A stretch of DNA of 63,056 bases, filler included, from Atractiella rhizophila (lineage: Eukaryota), in the NCBI GenBank assembly GCA_021432655.1. It is 9 parts of 7 records of this genome, joined end to end, with 100 filler letters (N's around TTAATTAATTAA, not from the genome) between each part and the next. Parts side by side here need not be neighbours in the genome. Positions count along the whole stretch, not along the records: positions 47,338 to 50,991 come from MU271634.1; positions 51,092 to 57,264 come from MU271639.1; positions 57,365 to 58,734 come from MU271653.1; positions 58,835 to 60,426 come from MU271657.1; positions 60,527 to 61,818 come from MU271671.1; positions 61,919 to 63,056 come from MU271671.1; 3 more parts are not named here. The stretch is one strand, 5' to 3'. The notes under the pieces were generated by a model, which had not been told where the DNA came from, ran no database searches, and saw only the letters and a list, made by a program, of their open reading frames with translations. How positions within the stretch are numbered: the stretch's first letter is position 1; each line of letters starts with the position of its first letter. Made by a program: the position numbers and the translations under genes. This document shows, piece after piece, positions 50,204-63,056 of the stretch.

Positions 50204-53200
50204 CCTTGCGACAGCCAGCCGGTTCTACGGCTTCTCTCTTATGAAGAAGATGTACATTATCAACATATCAATAAGGGTTACCACCCTCAAGCTTCACTTG
50301 GCCGCGCATACCCGCCGAACAGTTCTCCTGATTCCCCAGCAACTTGTATCTATATTCAATAATCACCATTGCTGATTTGTCATTCTTTGCCAGCCTCCAC
50401 ACAGAGTCCACGGGTCTGATCTGCATCATGATCCTACCATTCTCTACTTCATGAGTACACGAGTATTTTCACGCGGCGCTATTAGTTCATTTTATATTCT
50501 TCGCCGTGGGCACTCTTATGTCCACGACCCATAGCTTCATCAAGTCACGTCAATGATTGAGTTTCGTTTTTTATTCATGTTCATGTTCTAGTTTTTGTGT
50601 ATTCAACATTGTCTTCAATTCAAATTAATCGCCGCCTCCAACGAAACAGTGTTGAAATACGTTGTTCTTCTCAGGTGGGCTATGAAAAAGCCCTTATTCG
50701 ATCACATGCGAGAGGGTGTGACGAATCCATGCCCGCGAGCTTCCACTTTCAAGCGCTTCTTCTGTTGCCCGTCCTGACAGGAAGTGCTGTCAAGTTGTTC
50801 TTCGTCACTTCCTGGGAGGACTGCACAGCGATCGTCGAGCACATCATGATCCTGTGAAGGACGGTCTGGTCGGCGCGACGACCGCTTGAAACTTATCAAC
50901 AACTATACCGCCCGTGCGGCTACCTAGCACCTAATGGCACTCAGCCCACAATTGTTCGACGGACTTCGCGTCATCAGCCCCTCCGGAATCGNNNNNNNNN
51001 NNNNNNNNNNNNNNNNNNNNNNNNNNNNNNNNNNNTTAATTAATTAANNNNNNNNNNNNNNNNNNNNNNNNNNNNNNNNNNNNNNNNNNNNCACCACCAC
51101 CAGCGATCGTCGCTCGAATCAGTGAATCTATCAAACATCACAATCCGACTGAGTTGAAGATATAGGAGAGAAATGTCAACGCACCGAGTTCCTCATCACC
51201 CCTTATCGCAAGCTGGATATGCCTTGGAGTTATCCGCTTCACCTTTAGATCCTTCGACGCGTTTCCTACCCATCCAAGCAATACCCCTCAGTCCTTTCGC
51301 TTCGGATGATATGGAAGGCAGAGGGTATACAACTCACCAGCCAACTCCAACACTTCCGCGGTGAGATACTCTAAGATCGCAGAACAGTAAACGGCCGCTT
51401 TCGCGCCGACCCTCATGTTGTATTGGGTCTTTTGCTTCAGGTACCGGTGGATACGTCCAACTGGGAACTAGGATAGAGGTCAGCTTGTGCTGTTCAGAGA
51501 CAAAACTGTCGATATATCCTAGTGAGAAACAGAGGAAATGCTCTGCGCGTTGGTTGGAGTGAGGGCAGACCATCCGACGAACCACCACCCCTATGAGACG
51601 CGACTGTAAAACATCGCTTCTGCTCGTTCTATCCACTGTACACAATTACCACGGCCCTAAGCAGTCAAATAAAGAGACCGATTTGCTCTCAAATCCCATT
51701 TGTCACAACGATACACGAGCTTCGGGTCTCGATAGCATAACAAAAGGCGCGTTCGTGTTTCGTCTCCTCCGCTCGTAAATTCCACCTCTACGAGGTCCTT
51801 GACATACAAGAAGAATTACCGCACCCACTTCTGCCCCCCAAAAATGGTTGAAATGGAAAAAAACAAGGAGCATACCTGCAATCCCGCTTTCTGGCTCCTC
51901 GTCTGCTGAATCCGATGCTCATGCGTACCCTTCGTCTTTCCACCCGATTTACCGCCAGTTGACATTTTTATCGATATTTGGCCTTTGCGAGCTAGAAAAG
52001 TGTGGGATTTGGTTTAAAGAGGGAGAAGTCGATGGTCGATTTTCTTCGGAGTTGAATAACAAAGTCACGTGTTACAGTAAAGTTCTCATGGCAGACTACC
52101 CTATGACTAAGTCACGTTGGGAGCATTTCTACTCGCCATGTGTAAAGCGAAGTAGCTACAACGCGTGATAGACTCTCTCTAGAGCATAAAATTTTACAAT
52201 CTAAACTGCCTACAATCTGTGCTTGAGTGAGTCAAAGTGTTGTTGCTCCCGCTTCCGGCAGAATTCTACCCAGTTCACAGGCTCAGGAGCCTCTTTCAAA
52301 CGTCTCCCTCAAAACAATACCAACCCAAGCATCGTGGACCCCCTTCTCTCCGTTGAAGAAAATTCCACCTCGTTCTTTACCCTAGTCGACTCTCACGAGT
52401 ATATGTTTAAACTTTTTCATCGTGGTACTCTTCATCTCTGTTGTCCTGTGGTGTCTGCGCATCGTAATGGCACCATGCCCAGTGCGACCTACTCTCGTCC
52501 AAATAGAACGAACCCCGATGAGCGAAAATGTTTGAGAACAGGGGTACAATCCTGTGATTGCTCCAGACTCATGCGATAAGTAGAAGCCATCAGAGCTCGC
52601 CACCAAATCACTTTGTTCAACAGAGGAACTCTTCCCCCTTTATCTTCGTCTAACAGATCCTATTTACAGTCGATCCCTTCCTCACGGCGCGTGCATAGAC
52701 ATAAAACGAAGGTGGAAATGATGCTCCGCGAGCCTTTCCTATGCACACTTGATTTCATCTAACAAGGATTCATTTGTGCCAAGGAATCACTCATGATTCA
52801 ACATACGACCCAACCATCTCCGCCGCCTCCATACCCTACGGACAGCATCTCACCATCCCAAAGCACTATTTCCAGAGAAAAAATTCGAACTACGAGCCAG
52901 AAAGTGGCGTGAATGCAAGCTGTCTGGTCCTACCAACTGGAGTTACCGCGAGAAAGCTGGACTTTCGGGGGGCACCTTCTTGGGCATCGTCGAAGTTTGC
53001 AATTAGAACTGCCATGAGCACCAAATGTCGCAGTGCTGGTGATAAAGGAGTCATCCACTCGCTTTGAGAAAGGAAGCAAAGGTTGACCACTCAGCCGGTG
53101 CTTCAACACCCAACACCCGAATAATGAGGAAAGGCGCTTCGTATTTCATGCTCCTATCATCGGACGAGTTGGATGTTTTCATGTCTGTCTGTTCTTCCAT

Positions 53201-53209
53201 AAATCTCAG

Positions 53210-53603
53210 ACTAAGATAAATAGCCCTACTATCCAGCCAGATCTGACCCTTTCCATCCGCAAGGCCACTACAGAACAGCAATCATAATTTGCATATTGGG
53301 TGAACAGTCGTTACCCCGGCAGACAATGTTTCAGCATTAATATGTTGAACCTCAGACTTCTGTGCATAACCTCTCCGTCCCAAGACGGGTCACGATTACG
53401 CTACCTACTCCTCTGAAGAGGAGTGGAAGGAATCAAAACCGACATTGGCTTCAAACGACACAGACGAGAGGACTCCTCTACATCAAGATCTTCACTCTCC
53501 TCCTCGTCATCCCTCTCCCCATTCTCCTCTCCTGCCTACTCACGACCGTCGTTGGTATCTTCAGAAGGGTCCTTCATGTATGGGAGAGACATCCAAAGAT
53601 TGA
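53210..53603 (+). CDS. Probable 3' exons of a hypothetical gene; 5' structure unresolved
   Basis: Exon-like pieces ..HYRTAIIICILG and ..GHDYATYSSEEEWKESKPTLASNDTDERTPLHQD...ETSKD*, followed by a T-rich 3'UTR-like stretch. Confidence 0.3.
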
Positions 53604-54448
53604 TTTGAGATGTGGCATAATACGCCCTACTAATGCCATCCTAGTTTTTGTTTTGCGCAAGGCTTTCTCTTCATGAAAGAGATCCCTGTTATCTTATCTT
53701 ATTTTTTCTGTTTTCTTCATCAAGGTCTGTGTTCGCCTTACGCTTGTTCTCAAGCCCGCAGCATTGTATCAGGTTCTAGGTTGTTCTTGGTTCCCTGTCT
53801 TATGCATTCATAGATCCGTCTCCTCAATGTTACCTTAATATTTCCTGACTTCTTGGTCAATGCTTGTTAATGTAGATAGAATGTCTCACATTGTCTTCAT
53901 CTTTGGTCGTCTGCTCATTATTGTAAGGCGTCCACTACTCTCCTTAGTGTTGAGTGTTGTCTTTTACTTCAGTACGACTTCATAAATCTGAGTGCACCAT
54001 TGCCCACTGTATAGCAGTTAAATAAGCAACCGTACTTGATTCCAATGTTGTTATGTTAAATAATATCGGTATCCATCACCAACCCTCCAATCAGCACCGA
54101 AAAACAAGTAAAAAAAAACAGGAGCACAGGTGACTGTGCCATCAAGTCAAGAAAGTAAAGAGACGGGGTATGATTGTAAGTGAAAGCACAACAGTTTGAC
54201 CAAAGGAGAGAAATCAACATATTCGCTTATCGACTAATCAATCACCTCGTAGGAAAGATCGAGAAGAAAGGCATAGGTTTTCGCTCGGCCAGGCTTTCAC
54301 CTGGACCGATCACAATCACAAGAGAGAGAATAGACGGGACGCATAGGTGTTCAGACTTGAGGTATTCTCGAATAAATAAGAATCCAACGCACGCTTCCAA
54401 GAACCTTCGACGAGTGTAACGAGAGGGCGGACGAATAGACCGGAAGGC

Positions 54449-55857
54449 TCAATAATCCCCAAACGGGTTCCTACCATTCTCATAGTAGCCCGTCTCATTT
54501 TCTTCCTTGGCCTCCTCGACCTCCTCCAACTCCTTTCCTCCCCTCTTATCCTTCGGGCTTCCAGCGGCATAGCCCACCTTCTCCGCAGTACCCTTCTCCA
54601 GATCATTCTCCACGAACGAGTCCCTCATACCTTCAAACTCCCCATGGGCCGCCGTATCCTCGACCAACGTATCCCTCGGGCCGCTCATCATCCTCGCCGG
54701 CTTCGACCTGCTCGCGATCGAAGCAGTAGGCGTACCACTGGCCACGGTGGGAGGCGGGGGGAAAGCCGACCTCGATCCTTGTCTCGACGCACGCCTCGCA
54801 TGTCTAGGAGCGGGAAGGCCAGTCAAAGCAGGTTCGGGGCCGACGGAGGCCTTTCTCCTCGGAGCGTTGGCCATCTGTCTGGACGTGTCTTTGTTGGAGT
54901 ACGGGTTGAGCATCCGTCTGAAGTTGCTCGCCCAGCCACCGCGAGCGCGTTCCTCGCCGGGTTGGGGGGACGGGGACTCGTCGAGCGGACGAGGGTCGAA
55001 TGGGTTCTCAGGCGAGCCGACGAAGGACGGTTGCTTCTCGTCGTATTGAGCGACGGAGGCGCGAGCGATGCGTTGGGCGCGGTAGGCGCGGCCGCACATG
55101 TCGTAGGACGGTTCGGAGAGCACGTCCTGGTCGAGGTAAAGGAAGGTGTAGACTGCGAGCGCGGTGATGGTGGACATCTGCAGGGCGCTGAAGCCGAAGG
55201 CGACCCAGGCGACGGGGATCGTGACGTTGATGTATCGGCAGACGTCTCCGAAGGATGAAGGGCGTGGCCAGTGGTAGTATCCGTCCTGCACTGCCGCATG
55301 AGAGGCGGAACATTGGACGGAGAGGCGAAAAGAATACGGACCCAAATACAGTTCTCGTATCCTCCCAAATCCACGGCCATGGCCAACGCACACCCGCACC
55401 AGATGACCGCGAAAGCGAAGAGGAGGAAGAGCTCACTCCTGACTTGTCCGAAGAAGGCATCGGCAACGCTTCCCCTCCTGACTATCCTCGGAATTACGAG
55501 ATACTGAGCAGCGAAGACGACTGGGGTGAGGAATCCGACGACGATGAGGGCGATGCATGAGCCCCAAGAGGGTGCTATGGAAGGAGTGTGTGAGTTGTAC
55601 CAGACCACGACCTGCAGCGCGAGGATGGCCGTTGCGATGGCGGCGAGCGAGGTGAGGAGGAAGAGAAACAGGCGCAGAAGGCGCACGAGCGAGGGAGAGG
55701 GGACGTAGTGCCTGGAGTAGTCCTCCTGGACCTTTGTGAGCCTCGCTTCCTGGGTTGTGATGGATCTTCGATCGTCCGCGATGCTTCTCTGCTGGTGAGA
55801 AGATCGCGACGAATGGAAGCTCTGCTGGCTCGACGTTCGTGACGCTGAACGATGCAT
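54449..55857 (-). CDS. Four-TM (MARVEL-like) membrane protein with a disordered C-tail
   Basis: ORFs 54823-55857 and 54449-55399 are joined by intron 55341-55286 (ENCIW/DGYYHWPRP). Four hydrophobic segments. Confidence 0.75.
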
Positions 55858-56234
55858 GATGCTGCGTGTCCTGTCCTAGTGAACCTGCGAATCCAGATGC
55901 CTGCTGAAGAGCGTCGGTGGATCTGGGGAAAAAAGAGCGTGGTGGTTCGTTTTCTACCCCACAAAGCCGCTTGCCGCTTTACCGTTTTCAGCTTGATCAC
56001 GTATTCAGCCCTGACCCTACACAGATCTTGGCTTCTTCCATTTTCGTCAATGGAAGCAGAAACGCAACAACGCAACGACGAATTTGTCTTTCCTTGTACA
56101 GTTACGTCTTATCCCCTTAGACCATTATAATATTATCGAGAGGGCACCATCCGAATCGATATAAGACTTAGTGTAGAGGGTTCGGTCATTTTCAAGTTGT
56201 GAGCTTTTGAAGATCAGTGTTTGTGCGAGTGGAC

Positions 56235-57264
56235 ATGCTGGGCAACCTTTTCTTCACCCTTTCCTCCTCTCCTGGTCCACTTCAATCGACCTATCTGTCA
56301 GCCAGTCCTCAAAACAACTCCGCCGTAAAGGGCAGTCTGAGCGACAGCGATTGCAATCGCCCAGACGCCAACCAGGACCAACCGCTGCAAACTTTCTTCC
56401 TCCAAAGCGTATTAAACCTCGCTTTCAACTTTCTCTCTCGCTTCTTTCCCCTCCCGTTCTCCAAACTTTGGAACACCTCCTTCCTTCCCGCTTTCGCTAT
56501 CCCTTCTTTCAACAATATTCAGTTCTTGGAACACAACGATATGGACCCGCTTTCTGTCTCCTTGATCGCCTCTGCAATCGTCGGAGCGGCGGCGTTTCAA
56601 TTGGGCAGAAAGGTACGTTGACGTCTGCCGTCATGTGAGGGATGCGGGCTGACGACTGGTGCAGGAGAGGGATATCTCCCAAACAATCAAACAATTGCGA
56701 TACACCTCATTCGTCAGTCTATCTCGCATCTTCCCTTCCCGACATTGACTTGACTGTATGAGCAGTCCCAGACCATTTCTAACCTCCTCAACCTCCCCAT
56801 TACCGTCTCCTCTCCTCCAAAACAACCATCCATCCGACTTGTGCGTCACTCTCACATCTTGTTACTTAAAGCAACTAACTAATTGTGTTGCAAAGGTCGA
56901 CCTTTCTCAGCGAAATGACGAGAAGACAGTCCTCCATCGCGAGGCGAATCCCGTTTTCAAAAGCAAGAGGACGGAAGCTTTTTACAGAGCAGGAGGCTCA
57001 AAAGACGTTGCTCTCGCCGCGCTCAGCGTTGTCTTCAGCTGGCTCTCCTCGCTCCCTCCACCATCACCTCCGTCATCAAAAGAAACAGAAACAGAAACAG
57101 TGGTTGAGCCCCCCGCCGCATCTAACCAGATCCCCTGAGAGGCTGCCACATCCGTTGAGGGAGGAAGTGATGATGGGAAGCGAAGTGGTGGAAGAGAGGG
57201 AAAAGGAGAAGAAGAAGGAAGAGATGGATCCCCCTCTCGGTTCATCGAACCAAAGTTCTCCAAC
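56235..57264 (+). CDS. Hypothetical protein, truncated by the linker
   Basis: MLGNLFFTLSS... with hydrophobic SLIASAIVGAAAF, a GTACGT donor at 56612 and further exon-like segments. Frame not fully resolved. Confidence 0.35.
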
Positions 57265-57364
57265 NNNNNNNNNNNNNNNNNNNNNNNNNNNNNNNNNNNN
57301 NNNNNNNNTTAATTAATTAANNNNNNNNNNNNNNNNNNNNNNNNNNNNNNNNNNNNNNNNNNNN

Positions 57365-58734
57365 GTGGGAATGAATTGGGTCGAACTGCCACGAAAGAAA
57401 TACTCATTCGTCGACAAGCTTGAACAAATCTCAGTCTGTCAAATCGAAGTCGAATGTGACGCAGAGCATCTCATCTCTCACGCCGCCGAAGGGGAATGGT
57501 CGAAGATCGGTCCGCTGCGAATATTCTCTTACGACATCGAATGCGCTGGACGGAAAGGTATCTTTCCTGACCCGAAGCACGATCCCGTCATTCAAATAGC
57601 CTGTATGGTTACACGGCAAGGAGAATCGGCGCCATTTGTCAAAAAGATATTCTCTTACGGTACCTGTGCTCATATTGCTGGAGCGGAGGTCGCGCAATGT
57701 GACACGGAGGAGAAAACCCTCAGTCGGTTCCAGCGATTTATAAGGGATGTCGATCCTGACGTTGTCATTGGCTACAATACTTCGAATTTCGATATGCCGT
57801 ATCTAATGGATAGAGCAAAAGAGCTGAAGGTTAAGAATTTTGCAAAGCTTGGAAGACTCAGAGGTGTGTGCGCTGCATTCAGCCTGCCCGCTCGCTCACG
57901 GTACAGCAGATGTCAACGTGGAAGTGAAAGAAACGCACTTTTCATCTAAGGCTTATGGGACAAGAGACTCAAAAGAGACTCACCTAGATGGACGACTCCA
58001 ACTTGACATGCTTCAAGTCATGCAGCGGGACTACAAGCTGCGAAGTTACACGCTCAATGCAGTCTGCGCCAACTTTCTCGGTATGGCTTCTTTATGAGGA
58101 AGACCGTTGCTGAAGGCGATGCAGGGGAACAGAAGGAAGATGTGCACCATTCTGACATCACGACACTGTGGAATGGAACCCATGAAACTCGACGTCGTCT
58201 TGCGGTTTACTGTCTCAAGGTAGATCCCTCATTCATGTCCTACAATGAGCTGACAGCTGCATTAGGACGCCTACCTCCCTCAAAGGCTCATGGATAAGTT
58301 GATGTGCTTCATCAATTATACGGAAATGGCTCGTGTAACTGGCATCCCGTTCAACTACCTTCTTTCAAGAGGTCAACAGATCAAGGTAATCTCGCAGTTG
58401 TTCCGTAAAGCCAATGCGGAAGGATATCTTGTCCCTGCTATGAAACAAGAAGGTACGTTATGCCTTGGCCAAGCAATTTTGAGCACTGAGAAACGATAGG
58501 ATCGGATGAGCCTTACGAAGGAGCAACTGTCATTGAACCGGAGAAAGGATACTATGACGTCCCCATCGCGACTCTGGATTTCGCTTCGCTATACCCGTCC
58601 ATTATGATGGCGCACAACCTCTGTTACACCACACTGCTAGAAGGGGGCATACACAGTAGACTTGGTTTAGTCGAAGGCGAAGATTATGTTGTTACTCCTA
58701 ACGGGGACCGTTTCGTCAAGGCATCGAAGCGAAA
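57365..58734 (+). CDS. POL3: DNA polymerase delta catalytic subunit, internal fragment between two linkers
   Basis: Exo[15 protein letters not shown], Exo[58 protein letters not shown], region [20 protein letters not shown]. Confidence 0.96.
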
Positions 58735-58834
58735 NNNNNNNNNNNNNNNNNNNNNNNNNNNNNNNNNNNNNNNNNNNNTTAATTAATTAANNNNNNNNNN
58801 NNNNNNNNNNNNNNNNNNNNNNNNNNNNNNNNNN

Positions 58835-60370
58835 TTTTAAGGTCAATCCGCGGTCGAACGAGCGATCCTCGAAGCCCTGCATAATTGCACGGTCAATTCC
58901 TGCTTCGGAGTCATGGGACAGTATATTCGAGAGGCGCAGCACTGCCTCGGACATCACGCAAGTGCGTCAGGTAGATAGTGATTGTGCCAGAATGTGCGTT
59001 GACAAGCAGCGTTCGGGCAGTGAGGAGATAACATCGAAGGGAGGAGAAAGAACAAGGTGGAAGTTGCGGCCGTCATACTGAGAGACCTGCGACAGAATAT
59101 CTGAGCTAGAAAGTAAAAATGTGCTTCATGACTTACACCCCTCCCATCAAGTCAGTCACCTACGTACTTCTTTCCCGCTGTTCAAAGTTGCCGTATGCGA
59201 TGATACGTCGACTTATGGACATGGTTACTCCTTCCGCATTGGCTGTAGGTCGTCTTCTTGCTTCAAGAAGTTATCTAACTTCGGCTTATCGGCCTCAAAG
59301 TAGGAGCTGAAAATTGCGGAAGACAAATCGATGTCTTCCTCTTCTCTTTCCCATTTCCAGAACAAACTTTCTGGAGAGGGAGACTGTGCGGGAGTTGATT
59401 CCGTTCTTAGGGTAGAGATCACGTGCAAAATCTCTACATCCAAGCCTTCCAAATTCCAAGAGGTACTTACTGAATCCTGGGTCGGATCATCGTACAGAGA
59501 TGGCAGGGGAGCAGACACGTTGACCGGTAAAGGTGCACAAAGTATGTTGAATGACGTAGGTGTAGGCGTCGGTTCTGAAGGCACGGAACTGGCAATCGTG
59601 CTGGTTTCTTCCTCAGTTCCTTTCTTCGAAAGCACTAAGGATCCGCGACTCGACGTCGCGGTAGAAGCTGTTGAAAGCTCGAGTGAAAAAGGATCGTCCA
59701 TGGTGGATGTGCTCATGGCCATCAATTGCGAGCGTTTAGACGGAATGCGAATCTGCAAAGCAGTGGTTGCGGAGGGGAAAAGGAGCACCCCGAGTTCCTT
59801 TTCAAGCTCCACGACGATAGTCCTTTCTTCCTGAGAGCTAGCAACGTTCAGGTTGTCGATAGAAGAAGAGACAGATAGAGGCTCTCGTCCTTGTGTTGAC
59901 GCCCAACTCGTTTTTGCAGCAGGTGAAGTCAGCATCTGCTTATCACGTTCACCTCTTGACCCAAGTGCCTTATTTCTCCTGCTTCCAACCATCTCCTCCT
60001 GTTCTCTAGCCAGCCGCAAGGCCAACCGACTCATCCCTCTTCTGCGCACTCTGGAAGATGATGGTGCAGTAGCAGTGCGCACTGGCATTTCTGAAGAATT
60101 TTCATTTGATGCTCCTGAAGGTGAGCGACAGATAGTAATGCTTGACGGAAGTGAAGTGTTCATGGGCCCTTCGAAGAGAGTTGCTGCGCTGTGAGGAGCG
60201 AGGTCAGCCTCGTAGATGAGACCGAGTGGTGTGACTGTATGATTGTGAGGTGTTCGATGACGTTCAGTTGTGGCATTAGGCTCGAAGATTGACGGTCTTG
60301 GACGGGTAGCAGGCATTCGGGACGGTTGAGGAGTTGGTAAAGTGCGCTTCTCCTGGAAAATAGGAGACAT
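58835..60370 (-). CDS. Hypothetical Ser/Thr/Pro-rich protein, partial
   Basis: 381-aa open exon, followed by GTAACC and GTACGT donors and more exon-like sequence up to the linker. No family recognised. Confidence 0.5.
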
Positions 60371-60526
60371 GCTAACGGTCGGGGAAGGTATATTGAGGGT
60401 AAGCAGCGTAGCGGTAACCCCTAGAGNNNNNNNNNNNNNNNNNNNNNNNNNNNNNNNNNNNNNNNNNNNNTTAATTAATTAANNNNNNNNNNNNNNNNNN
60501 NNNNNNNNNNNNNNNNNNNNNNNNNN

Positions 60527-60739
60527 GATAGGTATATGGAAAGGATGGAAGAGTTAGTCGTCAGTGAAGAAGGGAAAGAGAATTTTCAGTTGACGATGGA
60601 GTGGATCTATGAACGGACACCAGAACTGAAGGCCCTAATCAAGAGAGGTGTGAAGCTAACCTTCTTCAATGCTGGACAAGGAGCGAGATGGAGCTGGAGG
60701 GAGAAGCAGAGAACTATACTTGAACCTGAATCAGGATGA
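60527..60739 (+). CDS. 3' terminal exon fragment of an unknown gene
   Basis: Open frame from the contig edge (..MERMEELVVSEEG...ILEPESG*), convergent with the sugar porter. Confidence 0.4.
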   Translation, partial: DRYMERMEELVVSEEGKENFQLTMEWIYERTPELKALIKRGVKLTFFNAGQGARWSWREKQRTILEPESG

Positions 60740-60839
60740 ATTTGTACTGCAGCGTATCAATTAACATGTCGTTTTAAACGTTAAAATTACTGCACTCCAT
60801 CATCAATTCACAGTCCCAAAGCGAACTAAGTCCTTGGAT

Positions 60840-61818
60840 TCAGTCTATGTGATCGACTTCTCCTTTGAAACTCAATCCGTCAGACTTCTCGTCTAACGAT
60901 CTCAGATCACCCGCGTTCTTCTTCCATTTGGACAACACCAAGGCCGGCAAAATGGCCCTCATCCTGGAATGTATAGCCTGAACCCATGACGGATAAATAT
61001 CTTTGTCTGAGGTAGTGAGTGAGAATCGTACTTTGAAAGCGCCAGGGATGGACTTTGTTCGTAAATAAAACATCAAGTTTCTCCAAGCTAAGATTCTTCG
61101 TTTCCGGTAAGAAGAGCAAGACGAAAACGAAAGTTATCAGGTTACTAGTTCCCCAAATGTAACCTAGAGAGCATTGAGCAAGGATTTGGTTTCAACGTGT
61201 GTGAGTAATTACCGATCTTCGGTCCCCAGTTCAGCTCTGATTCCCCAATGAAGTAAGGGGTGGTGAATGTCGTAAGCCATGCTCCAACAAAACCTGGAAC
61301 ATTCGTGGTCTAGAGAGGTCTTCTCGAAAAGCACGCAGCGGCAACTCACCAACTGACATCCCCACTCCAAAAGTCCAGCTCCGCAACCGATTACTACTCA
61401 TCTCTCCTGCCGCGACCTTTTCATGACATACGTAAGTGCTTCCAGTGTTACTTAAGCACCTACCCATGCGAGGGGCCCGATGGTGCATGAATACGTGAAC
61501 CCTTCAATACATAGACAAGCTGTTGTTTTGAGCGAGCATCGCATGAGCAAACTAGATCACTGAACGAACGCGGCGACTCACCGACCATCGCTCTTCCAAC
61601 TGCTTGATTCGTGTCTGGAGCCACGGTGTACAAAATCGCTACTGTATACATGGTAAACTTGATCAATGTCAGTGTAGTCCATTTTGGCGAAGGAGAGAGA
61701 AGAGCTTACAACCCCTACACCGAAGCCTGTCGAAAGCAAGAGCCTTCTGCCAAGCCACCTTGCCAGGAAAACACTGATCAATGCTCCGACAGAGTTGAGA
61801 GTTCTGTTGAGCAGTAAC
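60840..61818 (-). CDS. MFS sugar porter family transporter, C-terminal half
   Basis: WLGRRLLL, GFTYSCTIGPLAW, AGEMSSNRLRSWT, FTTPYFI..LNWGPKI, FLPETKNLSLEKLDVLF. Confidence 0.9.
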
Positions 61819-61918
61819 NNNNNNNNNNNNNNNNNNNNNNNNNNNNNNNNNNNNNNNNNNNNTTAATTAATTAANNNNNNNNNNNNNNNNNNNNNNNNNN
61901 NNNNNNNNNNNNNNNNNN

Positions 61919-63056
61919 AAGTCAGGACTATGCTCAGCACCACACTTAAGCATTGTATAGTAGGGGTTAGTAGGTATGAGATCTGGGATGTGAGGATTGG
62001 CTTCGAGTGTGGTAACGATGCGAGATATAATCCCAATCCCTGTCGTTGAGAATTAGCGCTCTGTTCAAGCATGCAGGGCAGAACTACCTGTGTGAGCGGG
62101 AGGTACAGACGAGTGACCTATCTCTACCATTGAGTGGCACAATTTGAATCAAGCCTAAGGTCGTACCTCCTTTCGTTGACAAAGTTATCTGTCACTTGTA
62201 TCAGCACACGCAGGATTGGTTGAAGGGAGCAGCGCACGTTAACATCAACATATCCCTTTTCCCCGGCCCCAGGCAAAGCAAATGTCTGGCCAAAAAACTC
62301 GCCAACTCCCATCCCACCTTCATCAACGATAATTTCAATACTATCCTCCCCATATTTCTCCAACAAGTATTCTCCAATCTTCCCAGCACCCTGGAATGCC
62401 GACCAACCTGTTAGTGATGTTTCAGTGGTTTAGAAAAGAAAGTACACGAGTGCCTTTACTTTCTTCATCGAAGCCAAAGGAGAGTATGACTGTCCGACGA
62501 GGAGTAAAACCTTGCTTGATAAGGAGCGTGACTGCTTGTAATTCGCTGATAAGAAGCGTCTTGCAATCACTGGAGCCTCGTCCCCAAACGAAAGTTCCAT
62601 CGTAATGTCCACTCCACGGAGCTTCAAGACTAGTCAGATGTGCTGTCTTATAAAGAGCAAAAGACCGCACGATGATCCCATTGGTCCAAAGTAGCCATGT
62701 TGACGGGAACCTTCGCGACTTTAGTATGAGGTCAGAGAGGAAACGAGCCTATTTACAGTGTCCTGATGCGCCATCAGCATGATTGGCTTCTTGCTCTTGT
62801 CACTTCCCTCCCAGGTGTAGACGAGACCATGAGTGTTGACGCGGGTAAGCGTGAGGGTCGAGTGGAGGAGAGGAAACGCGTTTTTGAGGTATTCGGAGAA
62901 CTATGGGGGAAGAGCCTTAGTTGTGTTGGAGCTGAGGAGAATAACATTGTGTAGAGAGCTGGAATATCCACCAATCAAACGCTCCACATAATAAAGAACT
63001 CAGTCACTCTCCTCAAAAAGCTCAACAATAAGGCAGAAGAGAGTGGCACTATCATG
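61919..63056 (-). CDS. M20 family Gly-Xaa carboxypeptidase (carboxypeptidase S-like), partial
   Basis: YLKNAFPLLH..VNTHGLVYTWEGSDKSKKPIMLMAHQD, PWSGHYDGTFVWGRGSSDCK, RRTVILSFGFDEE, IVDEGG, EKGYVDV. Confidence 0.92.

Noticed and set aside
50590..53200. Possible multi-exon genes flanking the linker at 50992
   Set aside because: Some splice-like signals, but I could not build a consistent frame or recognise a family.
1..63056. CRISPR arrays, rRNA, tRNA, intact transposons, secondary-metabolite cluster
   Set aside because: No repeat-spacer array, rRNA or tRNA signature, transposase/RT motifs or PKS/NRPS genes were seen by eye.

Overview
Eukaryotic, intron-rich fungal DNA. Short ~50-70 nt GT-AG introns and the gene content point to a basidiomycete (inference). 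It is a draft scaffold with one sized gap (29625-30419) and eight 100-nt N-TTAATTAATTAA-N linkers, and several genes stop at a linker without continuing past it. About 25 genes or fragments can be read: ASNSD1-like, a SANTA-domain KNL2/M18BP1-like protein, MAM33, TRA2-like, RPL18, acyl-CoA dehydrogenase, POP1, a duplicated DHA2-type MFS locus, ADP-ribose Nudix hydrolase, hybrid histidine kinase, LysM protein, GH27 alpha-galactosidase, 2-hydroxyacid dehydrogenase, TMEM184/DUF300, a MARVEL-like protein, and fragments of DNA pol delta, a sugar porter and carboxypeptidase S. Four things stand out. (1) A spliced ~1580-aa protein with an N-terminal SANTA domain plus a CENP-C-like motif, a candidate fungal KNL2 centromere-licensing factor. 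(2) A 56-aa, 6-Cys secreted peptide gene missed by the ORF track. (3) Unusually long, foldable introns in POP1 and the Nudix gene, which are candidate ncRNAs. (4) A tandem segmental duplication with reciprocal gene loss. All calls were made by eye; no database search or folding computation was run.
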